From Obrimoposthia wandeli (taxonomy: Eukaryota): DNA of 64,000 nucleotides. Below the pieces are notes generated by a model, which was not told where the DNA came from, ran no database searches, and saw only the letters and a list, made by a program, of their open reading frames with translations. The position numbers and the translations under genes were made by a program. Positions 33,449-45,200 of the stretch are shown one piece after another. The DNA lies in the NCBI GenBank assembly GCA_977020255.1, contig CDROCS010003797.1:1-64000 (forward strand), in the 5' to 3' direction. Within the stretch, counting starts at the first letter, position 1; every line of letters begins with the position of its first letter.

Positions 33449-34221
33449 TATTTCATCTCACTTGTTTGCTTATCTTGCGACTTTTTGTCACTTGATTGTG
33501 GTAGCTCATGGCCTGTTTCAATATTCAATTGCTCAATTTTCGCTAACATATTATTACGTATTTGATTCGACATGCCGCGAATTTTTTCTTTATCTTCACC
33601 TGATAACATCACAGGTTCTAAAAACTCGATAATCATTTTACCGTTATTCCAACGATTCAAATTGATAGTTTTGTGAGTATTACTGGCACAAACCGGCACA
33701 ATAGGCACTTCAGCTTTGGCTGCCGTGCGAAATGCGCCCGTTTTAAAAGGTAATAAACCACGACCATAACTTCGTGTACCTTCAGGGAAAAGCCAAATCG
33801 ATAATTTTTTCTCACGAATTTTTTTCGCGGTCATATCTATGGTGTTCATGGCTTTATTTTTGTTTTTTCTATCAATCAAAATATTACCCGTTAGCCAGTA
33901 CATTTGGCCAAAAAATGGGATCCATTTTAAACTTTTCTTACCGACACTGACAGTGCCTGGTTGAACAGCACCACTGACAGTAAAAATGTCATAGCTGTTT
34001 TGATGGTTACAAATATAGACAACGGGGCCAATATTTTTTGCCGACTCTGGTATACGAATTTCAATTTCTAGACCTAAGATTTTTGTTACTTTGCCCAAAT
34101 ATTTAGCGGTATGAAAGACATTATCGCGATGAAATGGTCGAATCAAACAGTAAAGAATAGAACAAAGAGAAATGAAAACTAAAGTAAAAGTCATCAATAT
34201 TACGCGTATAACTGCTAACAA
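33448..34221 (-). CDS. plsC: 1-acyl-sn-glycerol-3-phosphate acyltransferase
   Basis: NHQNSYD, FFGQMYWLTGNILIDR, FPEGTRS. Confidence 0.95.
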   Translation of the reverse strand: MLAVIRVILMTFTLVFISLCSILYCLIRPFHRDNVFHTAKYLGKVTKILGLEIEIRIPESAKNIGPVVYICNHQNSYDIFTVSGAVQPGTVSVGKKSLKWIPFFGQMYWLTGNILIDRKNKNKAMNTIDMTAKKIREKKLSIWLFPEGTRSYGRGLLPFKTGAFRTAAKAEVPIVPVCASNTHKTINLNRWNNGKMIIEFLEPVMLSGEDKEKIRGMSNQIRNNMLAKIEQLNIETGHELPQSSDKKSQDKQTSEMK

Positions 34222-34439
34222 AGGGCATTCCTAGAAAATTTATGAGGCGTGATTATACCTGTAATTACTCAAATAGCTAAATCTACAACTTTACTTTTAG
34301 CATTGTCGCGGCCAAATCACTATAAAACAGCTCAATAGCTAGATTACACTGATTTGAACGCTGTATTAGGTCATTATAAAATGAAAAGTCGAGATGAACA
34401 TCGCATAAGTCTTAAGCCTAGGCACTAAGCAAACTGAAC

Positions 34440-35195
34440 TTAACGAGCGACTTGGATCTCACGATATTTTTTATAAAGTAATTTTAAGTGTTCATACTCA
34501 AACGCAGAGCCTGATGAATAATATCTAAATGGCAATGATGACCTAGTGTCGATTGCCTCGATAAGTGACATAAACAATTCCTGATCCGTCGTCATTTTTA
34601 GTTCATCAATAACCTGCTGAGAAGCTAAGCTGTCATAAACAAGACCAGTGGCATCGCGTAATGATGATGGACCTAATAAAGGTAGCACTAGGTATGGCCC
34701 AGCGCCCACGCCCCAATAGCCCAATGTTTGACCAAAATCTTCGTTTTGCTCGACCAAGCCTATCGGAGTCGCCACATCAAAGAGCCCTGCTAAACCTAAA
34801 GTAGAATTCAAAGCAAAGCGACCCAAGGTTTCACCGGCAACCGACAATTTTAGCTGTAGTAAGGAGTTAACAAAGGTAGATATTTCACCTAAGTTATTAA
34901 AGAAATTATGAATACCCAATTCAACAACATCAGGAGTTACTTTCTTATAACCGGCAACAACAGGTAATATTACATATTCGTCAGCTTTGGCATTAAAGTA
35001 GTACATACGACGATTAAAACTGCCCCAAGGATCCTCATATTTACTGATCACGCCCAATTCATCAAGATTATCTGGCAGTTCAACTTTTGGCGCTATGGCG
35101 TTACTTTCTAGCGCAGGAACCGATGTACAACCTACTAATAAGAAGCTGTATAGAAGCGCAATAAGATAAACACTTCGGCTAAATAAAACTGACAT
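34440..35195 (-). CDS. MlaA/VacJ-family lipoprotein (MlaZ-like)
   Basis: Lipobox LVGC; DPWGSFNRRMYYFN, NSTLGLAGLFDVA, EDFGQTLGYWGVGAGPYLVLPLLGPSSLRD. Confidence 0.9.
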   Translation of the reverse strand: MSVLFSRSVYLIALLYSFLLVGCTSVPALESNAIAPKVELPDNLDELGVISKYEDPWGSFNRRMYYFNAKADEYVILPVVAGYKKVTPDVVELGIHNFFNNLGEISTFVNSLLQLKLSVAGETLGRFALNSTLGLAGLFDVATPIGLVEQNEDFGQTLGYWGVGAGPYLVLPLLGPSSLRDATGLVYDSLASQQVIDELKMTTDQELFMSLIEAIDTRSSLPFRYYSSGSAFEYEHLKLLYKKYREIQVAR

Positions 35196-36490
35196 TATTT
35201 TATATCTCCCTGAAATATAACTTGCAGATAATCAACAAAACTTTCTCGGTCAAGGTTGCCGCAGTGGCCACCATGTGGAAATATTTTTGCTCTGTCGGTA
35301 AATATTGACTCTAAGTAATCAACCTCACCTGCCTTTAAAATAATGTCGTCTTTATTGGTTATTAAATAAATTTTATCTGATGTTTTTAAATAATCTTCTA
35401 TCGCATGTAAACTATACCTGTAAATCAAGTCAGCTTTCGTCGTTGTGGCATCCTCTCGCTGAGCTCTTGGCAACATAGCGCGGTCAAAATAATCACCAAA
35501 AGTAACATCACTAGCCCGTTGCATTGAGTGCGTTAAACTCTCAAACTTGCCAATTTTATGGTTTTTATAAGTTATTGCGCCGGCATTAAAGCTCGCATCT
35601 AAAGCGAATATCATATCCGATGATGACATTCTAAAAGAGGCGCCAATCAGCAACTTCAATTCAGCTTCCGTTAGCTTAGCGTCTTTAAATAAGCTGAATA
35701 TTGTTCCTTGCTCGAACCTTGAAGATTTTTGTGCGGCGTAACCATTAGAGAAACGCTCAAAAATTCGGTCAAACATAGCGACAGCCGCTGGACGATTATT
35801 ACGGAGATCGAAATACTCATCTAAAATAGTTACTGAATTATATAAGCTCACGGGAGGATTAATCAGCAATACTTTTTCAAAATTAAACGCTTGTTTTTCT
35901 TCATCAAGTAATGAAATAAAGGCCGAATGCGCGCCACCTAAACTGTAACCCGTAATAGAAAATGACGTTGCCTCAACCTCGTCTTGCATTTGCACCTGAG
36001 CCCAAACCAACTTCATCACTTTATATAAGTCTTCCGCGTCATGTGCTAAGTCACCTGGCATATACGTGGTATTGGTGGAGTTAACAATAAAATTAGCATA
36101 GGTTGGTGATGACAATGAAATCACGTGATAGCCTTGTTGATAAAAGCTCTTTTGCAAACTTACCATGTTAGCACTATCGTAACTTGCACCCGTGCCAGCA
36201 ATAATGAAAATAAGGGGGGCACTCTCTTCTTGCTTCACTAGAGAATATTTCATTTTTTTGTTAAACCAGAATATCTCAGGAATTTCATCTAATGGTTTAA
36301 TTGTTATACTTTTATTAATAACGTCTAACGACTCAGGTAAATCAGCAGCAGGCTCCTGACAGTAACCAGTCACGGTTGCTTGATAGGATGAATACTCTAA
36401 ATCACAAACAGGTTTAGCAATCACAACCTCTTCTTGCTTACTGGTACACGCTGTTAATATGATCATGAGTAACACACTCAAAATACGCAC
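35195..36490 (-). CDS. Alpha/beta-hydrolase lipoprotein (MlaY-like putative lipase)
   Basis: Lipobox LTAC; GYSLGG nucleophile elbow; PHGGHCGN; stop overlaps the start of the MlaA-like gene. Confidence 0.8.
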   Translation of the reverse strand: MRILSVLLMIILTACTSKQEEVVIAKPVCDLEYSSYQATVTGYCQEPAADLPESLDVINKSITIKPLDEIPEIFWFNKKMKYSLVKQEESAPLIFIIAGTGASYDSANMVSLQKSFYQQGYHVISLSSPTYANFIVNSTNTTYMPGDLAHDAEDLYKVMKLVWAQVQMQDEVEATSFSITGYSLGGAHSAFISLLDEEKQAFNFEKVLLINPPVSLYNSVTILDEYFDLRNNRPAAVAMFDRIFERFSNGYAAQKSSRFEQGTIFSLFKDAKLTEAELKLLIGASFRMSSSDMIFALDASFNAGAITYKNHKIGKFESLTHSMQRASDVTFGDYFDRAMLPRAQREDATTTKADLIYRYSLHAIEDYLKTSDKIYLITNKDDIILKAGEVDYLESIFTDRAKIFPHGGHCGNLDRESFVDYLQVIFQGDIK

Positions 36491-36872
36491 TCTATCTCTC
36501 CCTTACAACTTTATTTTTTGTGAATTGGATAATATATTGCTGTTTGATATATGCCTAAATGGGTAGAGAAAACACGCAAACAACGCCCCCCTAATAAACA
36601 GCCGCTGCATTCTATCTTTTGCATGAATAAAAGTATCTATTTTAAACAAAATTTAAACAACCAACTTTTCTATCGAGATTTTATTCCTTGGCTATAGTTA
36701 AAATAAGGCTTAATTTGATAACGTTATATTTAGCTAAGCACTATTTGATTTCGCGTTGTATTGACTCGGCTAATGTTCGTTTAGGCTAAATATTATTTGA
36801 ACAAGAAAAATGGCAGTTTAAGTCGAAAATAAGACCCAACACTAGAATATCAAACTTCAAATAATGTGAGTT

Positions 36873-37802
36873 TTGCATGATTTACACCATTTAAGCGCAA
36901 CGCTAGTATCATCCTATTTTGCTATGAGGTTCTATATGAATACAGCTTCAACTCTATGTTTAATGTCGCTTGTTATTGCTTCTCTATTACAACAATGTCG
37001 AGCAGTAGCGGCTGATCAGATAATAGCACCGGATGTTCAAACTCAAACACTCACAAAAATGGCATTGTTCACTGGTGATAAAGAATCTTCAACTGAACAT
37101 AGTCTCGCTATACTGAATGATGAATCATCAATAACAGGTAATGAGCTTGCAAAACCTGCTCTGGCTCTTTCATCGCTAGATTTAACGCAGGAATGGGGAC
37201 GTTCTGCACTACGTATAGCCCATTCGAACCCTACACAGTTCAATGATGAACAAAAAATAGCACAGCTCTTTTTAGTTGATGATATTAAACTGTTGCAGAA
37301 AAACATTAATCTGCAATTTAAAACCGGGCTTTATAGTTTAAAAAATAATTATGTTTTATCCGCAAGCTATCGACCTTTATTGCCTCATCAATCATTAGTG
37401 CCGACCTCAGTTCAAAATGATTTATATCAGTCAGGTCGCCTTAGTACCGAAACCGGTTACAACGCACCCGCCCATATGCACAAGCAAGATTATCGTGTAT
37501 TCATACGTGGTAACTATAGCGTCTTACATAGAGGGAGGTTCGATTTATCATTAACGGCAAGCTTTGAGGCTATGCAAACTAGCTATGATAATATACTCAT
37601 CGTGAATCCGTTAAGTATCACAGCAAACGAACAAGCAACATCTGCCACTTTTGGTGTTGTTGGTAGTTTTGATTTATCGAACCGGTGGAGCTTGATTGGT
37701 GCATTAACCTCTAGTCGTCTCGACAGCGAAAACATTAACTATGGTTTAGCACCAGAAAGTAAGCGTAATATGGCATTGATTGGGACTACCTATTCTTTTT
37801 GA
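36873..37802 (+). CDS. Exported hypothetical protein, C-terminus resembling a MipA/OmpV-like beta-barrel
   Basis: Signal-like segment from the ATG at ~36936; alternating beta-strands; ends in an aromatic residue (TTYSF). Confidence 0.5.
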   Translation: MHDLHHLSATLVSSYFAMRFYMNTASTLCLMSLVIASLLQQCRAVAADQIIAPDVQTQTLTKMALFTGDKESSTEHSLAILNDESSITGNELAKPALALSSLDLTQEWGRSALRIAHSNPTQFNDEQKIAQLFLVDDIKLLQKNINLQFKTGLYSLKNNYVLSASYRPLLPHQSLVPTSVQNDLYQSGRLSTETGYNAPAHMHKQDYRVFIRGNYSVLHRGRFDLSLTASFEAMQTSYDNILIVNPLSITANEQATSATFGVVGSFDLSNRWSLIGALTSSRLDSENINYGLAPESKRNMALIGTTYSF

Positions 37803-37976
37803 TACCTTTACTGATAACGTAACCCAGTACTACAAAGTACCAATGAACTACCCCGCACTAAGGCTTTCGCTTAGGCTCAAATTCGCTTCGCGAAGAGGAA
37901 TATCTTAATTAGTCGAAGGCAAAAAGCCTTTACGCCGTTAGCGGCAGGGCATTGAGCCCGCAGAGATTAAAAATAA

Positions 37977-38708
37977 TTACGCAGCGACCTCATTTAAGAT
38001 ATAACCTTTACCCCAAACGGTTTCAATACGAACATGCGTCATACCTTCGTTCAGTAATTTGTCTCGCAATTTAGAAATTCGCACATCGACGGTACGTTCA
38101 ATACCATTGTATTGACGATTTAGTAAAACATCATAAATGGCATCACGTGTCATCACTCGGCCGGCATTCTGGGTTAGCAGTGCTAATAATTGAAATTCGA
38201 AAGAGCTCAATCGAATACTATTGCCATTAATTTCACATTTGTTCGTTTGTGGATATAAAGCAATATTACCTAACTTAAAAACTTGTAAGGGCCTAGTAGT
38301 ATTTGATGGTTTTCGTCGTAGCATAGCTTCCAATCGCGCTTTCAAAATACGTGGCGATACCGGCTTGCTAATAAAGTCATCCGCCCCTAAATTAAAAGCA
38401 CTAATCTGGTCTTCTTCTGCTTCTCGAGCAGTTAAAACAATGATCGGCTCATGATAAATTTCTCGCAAGCTATGGCAAACATCAAAGCCATTCAACTCAG
38501 GCAATGTGATATCTAAAATGACTAAATCCGGTTGATGCTCAATAACCGCTTCTCTGGCTAAGTCGCCACGGAAAACCTGTTCGACAATAAAGTTTGATTT
38601 CTCTAAAAATGCTTTCAATAAGTTTGACACCATTAGGTCATCTTCAATTAATAGTATTTTTTTCATACTATTATCGACATCGATTTCTTTACTCGAATCA
38701 AACATCAT
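37977..38708 (-). CDS. OmpR-family response regulator (RstA-like), orphan
   Basis: ILLIEDD, VILDITLP, GADDFISKP; winged helix RTVDVRISKLR...ETVWGKGY. Confidence 0.93.
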   Translation of the reverse strand: MMFDSSKEIDVDNSMKKILLIEDDLMVSNLLKAFLEKSNFIVEQVFRGDLAREAVIEHQPDLVILDITLPELNGFDVCHSLREIYHEPIIVLTAREAEEDQISAFNLGADDFISKPVSPRILKARLEAMLRRKPSNTTRPLQVFKLGNIALYPQTNKCEINGNSIRLSSFEFQLLALLTQNAGRVMTRDAIYDVLLNRQYNGIERTVDVRISKLRDKLLNEGMTHVRIETVWGKGYILNEVAA

Positions 38709-38872
38709 TTATTCCAAAAAATAGCGGGCAAGCAGGATTGGCGGATTATAGATGTATTAAAACGACAAAGAAATATGGTTATGTTGCTAGGCTAGTAACA
38801 TAATGTAATCGCAGCATAGGCATAGTCTACAAGGAGGATGAGAAAAGTGTTGAGGTGAGTCGTTTTTAAAAC

Positions 38873-38910
38873 AAAAAAGCCAATTCAGTGAGTGCTCATT
38901 GAATTGGCTT
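38873..38910 (-). terminator. Intrinsic terminator after acyl-CoA dehydrogenase
   Basis: AAGCCAATTCAGTGAG/CTCATTGAATTGGCTT stem with a T run on the minus strand. Confidence 0.8.
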
Positions 38911-38994
38911 AATCCATAATTTTTAAACAATTACAGCTGATAGTTAAAAATAGACGTCAAGTTATTGCTCAAAATGAGTCTTAAAACTTTGTCG

Positions 38995-40776
38995 TTAAAA
39001 CAAAGCTTCGTCGATATCAAACAACGCACTCTGGCCAGATTTTGCAGAACTGATCAGTGATTGACAGCGCGGTAATAAACGCGCAAAAAAGTAACGGGCT
39101 GTACGAATTTTACTTTCATGAAAGCTACTATCTTTATCTGCAGCTAATGACACTTCGGCCATTTTAGCCCAAATGTAAGCCATCGCGGTGTAGCCAAAAA
39201 CATGTAGATAGTCATTAGCTGCGCAGCCAAGCTCTTCTGGTGAAGTTTGCGCTGCCGTTAACAAGTACTTAGTTAATGCTTCAAGTTCATTGGTTGCATG
39301 CGCTAAAGGCTGAGTAAACTCTTGCATTGCATCCACTTTGTCTTCCTTGATATAAGCACGTACTTCTTCAAGGAAAACTTCAACTAACTTACCTTTACTA
39401 CCTGCTACTTTACGCGCTAGCAAGTCCATGGCTTGAATACCGTTAGTACCTTCATAAATCTGTGAGATACGAGTATCACGAACTAATTGCTCTTGTCCCC
39501 ATTCTCTCACGTAACCATGGCCGCCAAAAACTTGTTGTCCCGCAACGGCACTTTCAAAACCAAGATCAGTAAAGAATGCTTTCGCAATTGGCGTCATCAA
39601 TGCCACTAAGTGATCGGCTTTTTCTTGTGCTTCACCCGTGCCATAAGTCGCAATGTCTAGCTGCATAGCAATGTAAGTTGATAATGCTCGTGAGCCTTCA
39701 TTCAACGCTTTCATGTTCAATAGCATACGGCGCACATCGCCATGAACCAAGAGTGAGTCAGCTTGGGCATCAGGAGATTTAACACCTGATAAAGAACGGC
39801 CTTGAATTCTATCTTTTGCGTACTCTAGAGCATTTTGATAAGAACGAACCGCGGCACCTAAACCTTGGATACCGACGCCAATGCGTTCGAAGTTCATCAT
39901 AGTGAACATGCATGCAAGTCCTTTATTGAGTTCTCCGACTAAATAGCCTTTCGCGCCATCAAAGTTCATCACACATGTTGCAGAAGCGTGAATACCCATT
40001 TTATGTTCGATAGAACCACAACTTACTTGGTTTTGCTCGCCAATAGATTCGTCATCATTAACATGAAATTTTGGTACTAAAAATAATGAAATACCCCGAG
40101 GCCCAGCAGGCGCATCGGGTAATTTAGCTAAGACCAGGTGAATAATATTTTCGGTTAAGTCATGCTCACCGGCCGTAATAAAAATTTTCGTGCCTGACAC
40201 TAAGTAGCTATCATCAGCTTGTGGTACAGCTTTCGTTCTGATCATACCTAAATCAGTACCCGCATGTGCTTCTGTCAAACACATACTTGCACTCCAATCG
40301 CCAGCGTACATACGCGTTAAATAGCGATTTTTTAATGCTTCACTACCATGTTTGGCTAACGACAAACCAGCACCAGCGGTCAAACCAGGGTATAGTGAAA
40401 ATGAAATATCTGCCGAACAAAGCATTTCTTCATGAAATGCTGTCAACATTTTAGGCATGCCCATGCCACCAAAATCTGGGTCTCCGCCTAAAGCAGTCCA
40501 GCCACCTTCAACATAAGTATCAAAAGCTTTTTTATAACCTGGAACGGTGGTTACTTTACCTGAGTCAAATTTAACGCCTACTTCATCACCATTACGCGAT
40601 AAAGGTGCGATTTCTTGTTCAGCAATTTTTGCGCACTCTTGCAAAATAGCTTCAGCTGTTTCGCGGTCAACCCGTTCAGCTAACGTTGGTAATGACTGCC
40701 ATAATTTATCAGCATTAAATACGTCATATAACAAAAAATTCATATCTTTTAAGGGCACTTGATAGTCAGCCATCAC
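38995..40776 (-). CDS. Acyl-CoA dehydrogenase (long, C-terminal domain type)
   Basis: MCLTEAHAGTDLG, GTKIFIT, EHKMGIHASATC, FGGHGYVREWGQEQLVRD, IYEGTNGIQA. Confidence 0.95.
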   Translation of the reverse strand: MMADYQVPLKDMNFLLYDVFNADKLWQSLPTLAERVDRETAEAILQECAKIAEQEIAPLSRNGDEVGVKFDSGKVTTVPGYKKAFDTYVEGGWTALGGDPDFGGMGMPKMLTAFHEEMLCSADISFSLYPGLTAGAGLSLAKHGSEALKNRYLTRMYAGDWSASMCLTEAHAGTDLGMIRTKAVPQADDSYLVSGTKIFITAGEHDLTENIIHLVLAKLPDAPAGPRGISLFLVPKFHVNDDESIGEQNQVSCGSIEHKMGIHASATCVMNFDGAKGYLVGELNKGLACMFTMMNFERIGVGIQGLGAAVRSYQNALEYAKDRIQGRSLSGVKSPDAQADSLLVHGDVRRMLLNMKALNEGSRALSTYIAMQLDIATYGTGEAQEKADHLVALMTPIAKAFFTDLGFESAVAGQQVFGGHGYVREWGQEQLVRDTRISQIYEGTNGIQAMDLLARKVAGSKGKLVEVFLEEVRAYIKEDKVDAMQEFTQPLAHATNELEALTKYLLTAAQTSPEELGCAANDYLHVFGYTAMAYIWAKMAEVSLAADKDSSFHESKIRTARYFFARLLPRCQSLISSAKSGQSALFDIDEALF

Positions 40777-40806
40777 ATTCTCCGAACAGGTAATTTAAAC
40801 AAATAA

Positions 40807-40824
40807 TTAAAACGCTTGTTTGAA
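40807..40824. promoter_or_regulatory. Putative PsrA (fatty-acid degradation regulator) site
   Basis: TTAAAACGCTTGTTTGAA, near the TTCAAAC-N4-GTTTGAA palindrome, ~30 bp upstream of the acyl-CoA dehydrogenase start. Confidence 0.55.
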
Positions 40825-40926
40825 TATATAACAAACACAGTAAAAGTAAAGATATAACTGGAAATTCGCACACCAGTAAAAATTAACATAAGCTTAAGTT
40901 ATTGGCATTTTTGATAAAGGTTAGTT

Positions 40927-41886
40927 GTGAAATTTTTTGGCGCAGTTGTTACTTTACTATTATATTTTCCTAATAATGTTTGGGCGAATCAGTTAAGTTT
41001 TGATAAAAAAACTACTGACAAAAATATCCAGTTTCAATATCAATGGTTAGATCAAGCCCGGCAACCTCAATCACTAAGTTTTTCTATCGATAAAAAAACG
41101 CTATTTAACCGTTTTCGAAACTTCAAAAGCTACAAAGGTATGCATACAAAAAAGTTTATTGATCAAAGAATTAGGAAAAAATTGCAACAAGAACCCTTAG
41201 CTAATGTAAAAGTAAAATTTATTGGTCGTGGCAATAATTTACAAATACAGCTTCAAGGCGAAGATCAAGCAGCAATTGAACAAGCCCAACATACTATTAA
41301 CGTACTTGAACAAGATTTAATACGTGAGCATTTAGCAAACAATTTTTATACTCAGTTCATTTGGTATAACAACAACCATGCTATAAAACCAGACCATGTG
41401 CGTTTCGCAAAAGAGTCTGTGAGCGACTTATCAACATTAAAACCGCTAATATTAAATAGTGTTTCCATACAAAACATTCGACAAGTGAGTGACTATGTCC
41501 TTGCCTTTGTTCAAAGTATTCCTTATGCCACGCTGGAATCAAGAGTGACGTCTAGCGGCGCCGGTTTTAATCCTCCCCTACAAGTGCTTTGGGAAAATCA
41601 AGGTGATTGTGATAGCAAAGTAACACTCACCGCCGCTATTTTTAGAGCATTAATGCCGCGTATTAAAATGCAGTTGGTTTTTATCGACAATCACGCATTG
41701 CTTGCTATAAACATTCCGAGCGAAGGTGACGAGTTAACTATTACTGTTGATGGCTTAAGTTACATTTTGGCAGAGCCAACAGGTCCTGCCTTGATGCGTG
41801 TTGGGGAATTGTCAGCCGATGCAGAATTTGCTATCCGCAACGGCCGTTATTATGCTGAGGCTTTCTTTGCTGCGCCAAGCCAGTAA
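40927..41886 (+). CDS. Exported transglutaminase-like cysteine-protease-fold protein
   Basis: Signal peptide; FVQSIPY, GDCDSK, HALLAI, AEPTGP. Confidence 0.65.
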   Translation: MKFFGAVVTLLLYFPNNVWANQLSFDKKTTDKNIQFQYQWLDQARQPQSLSFSIDKKTLFNRFRNFKSYKGMHTKKFIDQRIRKKLQQEPLANVKVKFIGRGNNLQIQLQGEDQAAIEQAQHTINVLEQDLIREHLANNFYTQFIWYNNNHAIKPDHVRFAKESVSDLSTLKPLILNSVSIQNIRQVSDYVLAFVQSIPYATLESRVTSSGAGFNPPLQVLWENQGDCDSKVTLTAAIFRALMPRIKMQLVFIDNHALLAINIPSEGDELTITVDGLSYILAEPTGPALMRVGELSADAEFAIRNGRYYAEAFFAAPSQ

Positions 41887-42275
41887 TGACTATCAGCATA
41901 ATATCAATTAAATAGCCGAGTATTTAATTCATCAGTTGCGACATGATCTACCGACGCTCGCCAACGCCATGGCTAAACTCTCTGACAGCTTAATTAACCT
42001 GCACTCTGGATAAGCAGCACTTGCTCAACCCTCCCTTTTAACCCATTATCTGCGTTAAAACGTCGATAAATAGCACGCTATTCATCAGCGTTTTGCCTTG
42101 GAAATGGCATAAAATGAAGCATTAATGAAGCATTGATAGTGTCTATTAGTAATGTTCACCTTGGTATAGCATTTACGTTGCCACCTAAGCTTTTGATTCA
42201 CTTGAGTATCAAGCACTCATTATCCAGAGTGCAGGTTAACTACTTTGCTATTCAGTTAACTACTCAGTTATTTAA

Positions 42276-45200
42276 TTATTTAGTGTCCACATCTAACTGT
42301 GACAAAATGCTTTCACGTAAGACTTTCAAGCTGATGGGCTTGGCAATATGTAAGTCCATTCCTGCCGCTAAACATTGCTGTTTATCTTCTTCACGAGCAT
42401 GTGCTGTCATAGCAATAATAGGCAAGGCTTCAAATTGTTGCTGAGCACGAATATGTTTTGTTGCGGTAAGTCCGTCCATGATAGGCATTTGAATATCCAT
42501 TAAAATAATATCAATGTGCTCTAACGGCAATTTATCTAAGGCTTCTTGACCATTGTTAGCAACAATAACCTGCGCCTGCATCGACTCCAATAACTTAATC
42601 GCCACTAATTGATTCACCAGATTGTCTTCAACCAGTAATATTTTAAAGCCAGCTAAGTTTACTGCTGCAGGCACCGCTAAATCAGGCTCTGGGCCATCAA
42701 CAGCGATAACGCCCTGAGATGAAACCCTGACAAGCTCTTTAGCCAGTTTTACGATGACTTGACGATATAAGGGCATTTCTAGCAGTAAGTAATTAATTTT
42801 ATGGCGTGTCAATTGTGCAAGTAATTCAGATGAAATCACACTACCTATTGGCTGACATAATGCAAGCACCGTTATATGCGGTTTTAGTGTTTGTAATTCA
42901 TCTTCAGAAAAACCTTTCGGATACTGGCTACTATCAACAAAGAGTACGGTTTTCTCATGCTCATTCAATGCTTTTAACTGCGTCACTTCTTCAATGTTAA
43001 TAAACTCTTGCCCAATATCTTTAAAGTTTTCGAGTAGCTTGTTCGGTAAATCTACGCCAAGATTAATCATTGCATTGAAGTTAAATGTCGGTTGGTACTT
43101 CGTCAAACAATAATCTGAGTAATCAAGGTCTTTACAGCTGATGTCTGTTATATCTATCGGTAGCGCCAAAATGAACTCTGCACCTTGACCTAATTCACTT
43201 TCAATACTTATTTCACCTCCGAGTAATTGGGCAATATGTTGGCATATTGATAAACCTAAACCAGTACCGCCATACACTCGAGTCATCGACTCATCCGCCT
43301 GCTTAAATGCTTCAAATAGCCCCGACTGCTTTGCTTTTTCTATTCCTATACCGGTATCTTTAACTTTAAATAAAATAGCCACATCGTCAACATCACTCGG
43401 TTTAGTAACATGGCGAGATAATGAGACACTCAATTGCACTTTGCCTCGTTCGGTAAATTTAATCGCATTATTGAGTAAGTTACTCAATACTTGCACCAAA
43501 CGCATAGTGTCTGTTTGAATTTGTAAAGGTACTCGGCTATCAATGGCGACACTCAAATTCAAATCTTTGCCCGCAAGTGCCGCTAAATTGAGGTTCAGCG
43601 CTTGCGAAACAATGCTATCAAGATCAATCAGCTCTTTATGTACTGACATATTTCCCGATTCAACTTTCGCAGAATCAAGCAACTCATTGACTAAATAAAG
43701 TAAGGTTGTTGACGCAGTTTCGGCATTAGCTAGATACTGCTCTTGTACCTTATTAAGACGGCTTTGTTGTAAGAGAAAAAACATACCTTGGATGGCGTTA
43801 ATCGGCGTGCGAATTTCATGACTCATATTGGCCAAAAATTGGCTCTTAATTTGGTTTGCTTCTTCTGCTTGGTTTTTCGCTCGTTGTAAAGCTTGGTTAA
43901 TCTCAAACTGCTGAGTAACATCACGAATAAGCACAATACTGCCCAATAAAGCGCTGTCATCACCATAAAAAGGCGCTTTATAGATTTCATAAGTATTGTT
44001 TTCAGTTGAAACCGTTTGCTGGTGTGCTTTTGGAATATTATCGGCTTGATAACGCCCTAAGCTCTGAGCAACTTTCTCGCCTAAGTCAGTCGCTATAAAG
44101 TCGCTAATCTGGCAACCTAAAATATCGACTTCTTTTTGTAGTACTAACCGCTCAACGGCTTGATTACAGCCGATAAGTCGCCCTTGTTGATCGTTAAATA
44201 AAATATAATCGGGAATCGCATCCATTACCGAGCGCAATAGTGCGTAATCACGTTGATGCTGCTCACTTTTATGAAATAGTGCTTGGGTTTTTTCTTTTAC
44301 TCTTAAATCAAGTTCGTTATTTTGATCTCTGAGGCGCTGCATTAAACTGCGATTTTGACCAAATAAATCTTCGACTATTTTAAACCAATGCCGCCATTCG
44401 TCAGAAGGCTTTATTTTACCTGGGTCACCTGCAGAGCAGTTTTCTATATGGCTAATAAACTTTTTAGAAGGAGCAATAAACGAACGGTAAGTAACAAAAT
44501 AAACGACGACCAACAAACTTAATAAACCGAAAAAAATGCTCGCAAATATGGTAATAAAGCGTTGATTAATCTTGCTGTAAAAGTTATTTTTTTCGTTGTA
44601 CTCTAATAAAATCCAATCATTGATGGGTAGTTTTACTTTTTGTACAATTAAATCACCCACCTCAGCACTCGCGTTAAGCTCCAATAATGACTGATAGCTA
44701 AACTGGCTTAATTGCGAAGGCGCTGCGTCACTAAAAGCAGTTTGCGCGTTTAGCGTTAAATTAGCACGATTTTTATGCAATAGAACATGGCTATGCTTAT
44801 CGACAATAATATAACCGCGACCTTCTTCACTTACCTTAGGTAAATAGTGAGATAAACCTGCGGTGTTTATATCAATCAACAGCGCACCTTTCATTTCATT
44901 ATCTAAATATACCCCCATACCCAGCGCGGTATTTAGCCCTTTGCCAGCTGAATCGACATAAGGGCGCGACCAAAACTGCTCATTAGCAGCCTTTGAAGTT
45001 TTAATTTTAAGCATTAAATCATTGGTTAAACTTTGATCGCTATACTGCCAAATGCTTTTGGCCACCCAAGGGTATAAATTCACAAATCGACGCATTGAAA
45101 TGTAATATAACCAGTTTGCCTCTTTGATAGACTCCTCTGCGGTAACAAAGGCTGGTGTTAATGCGTGCGCCATAATCAGTTCATGCTTAAGAGACTGATC

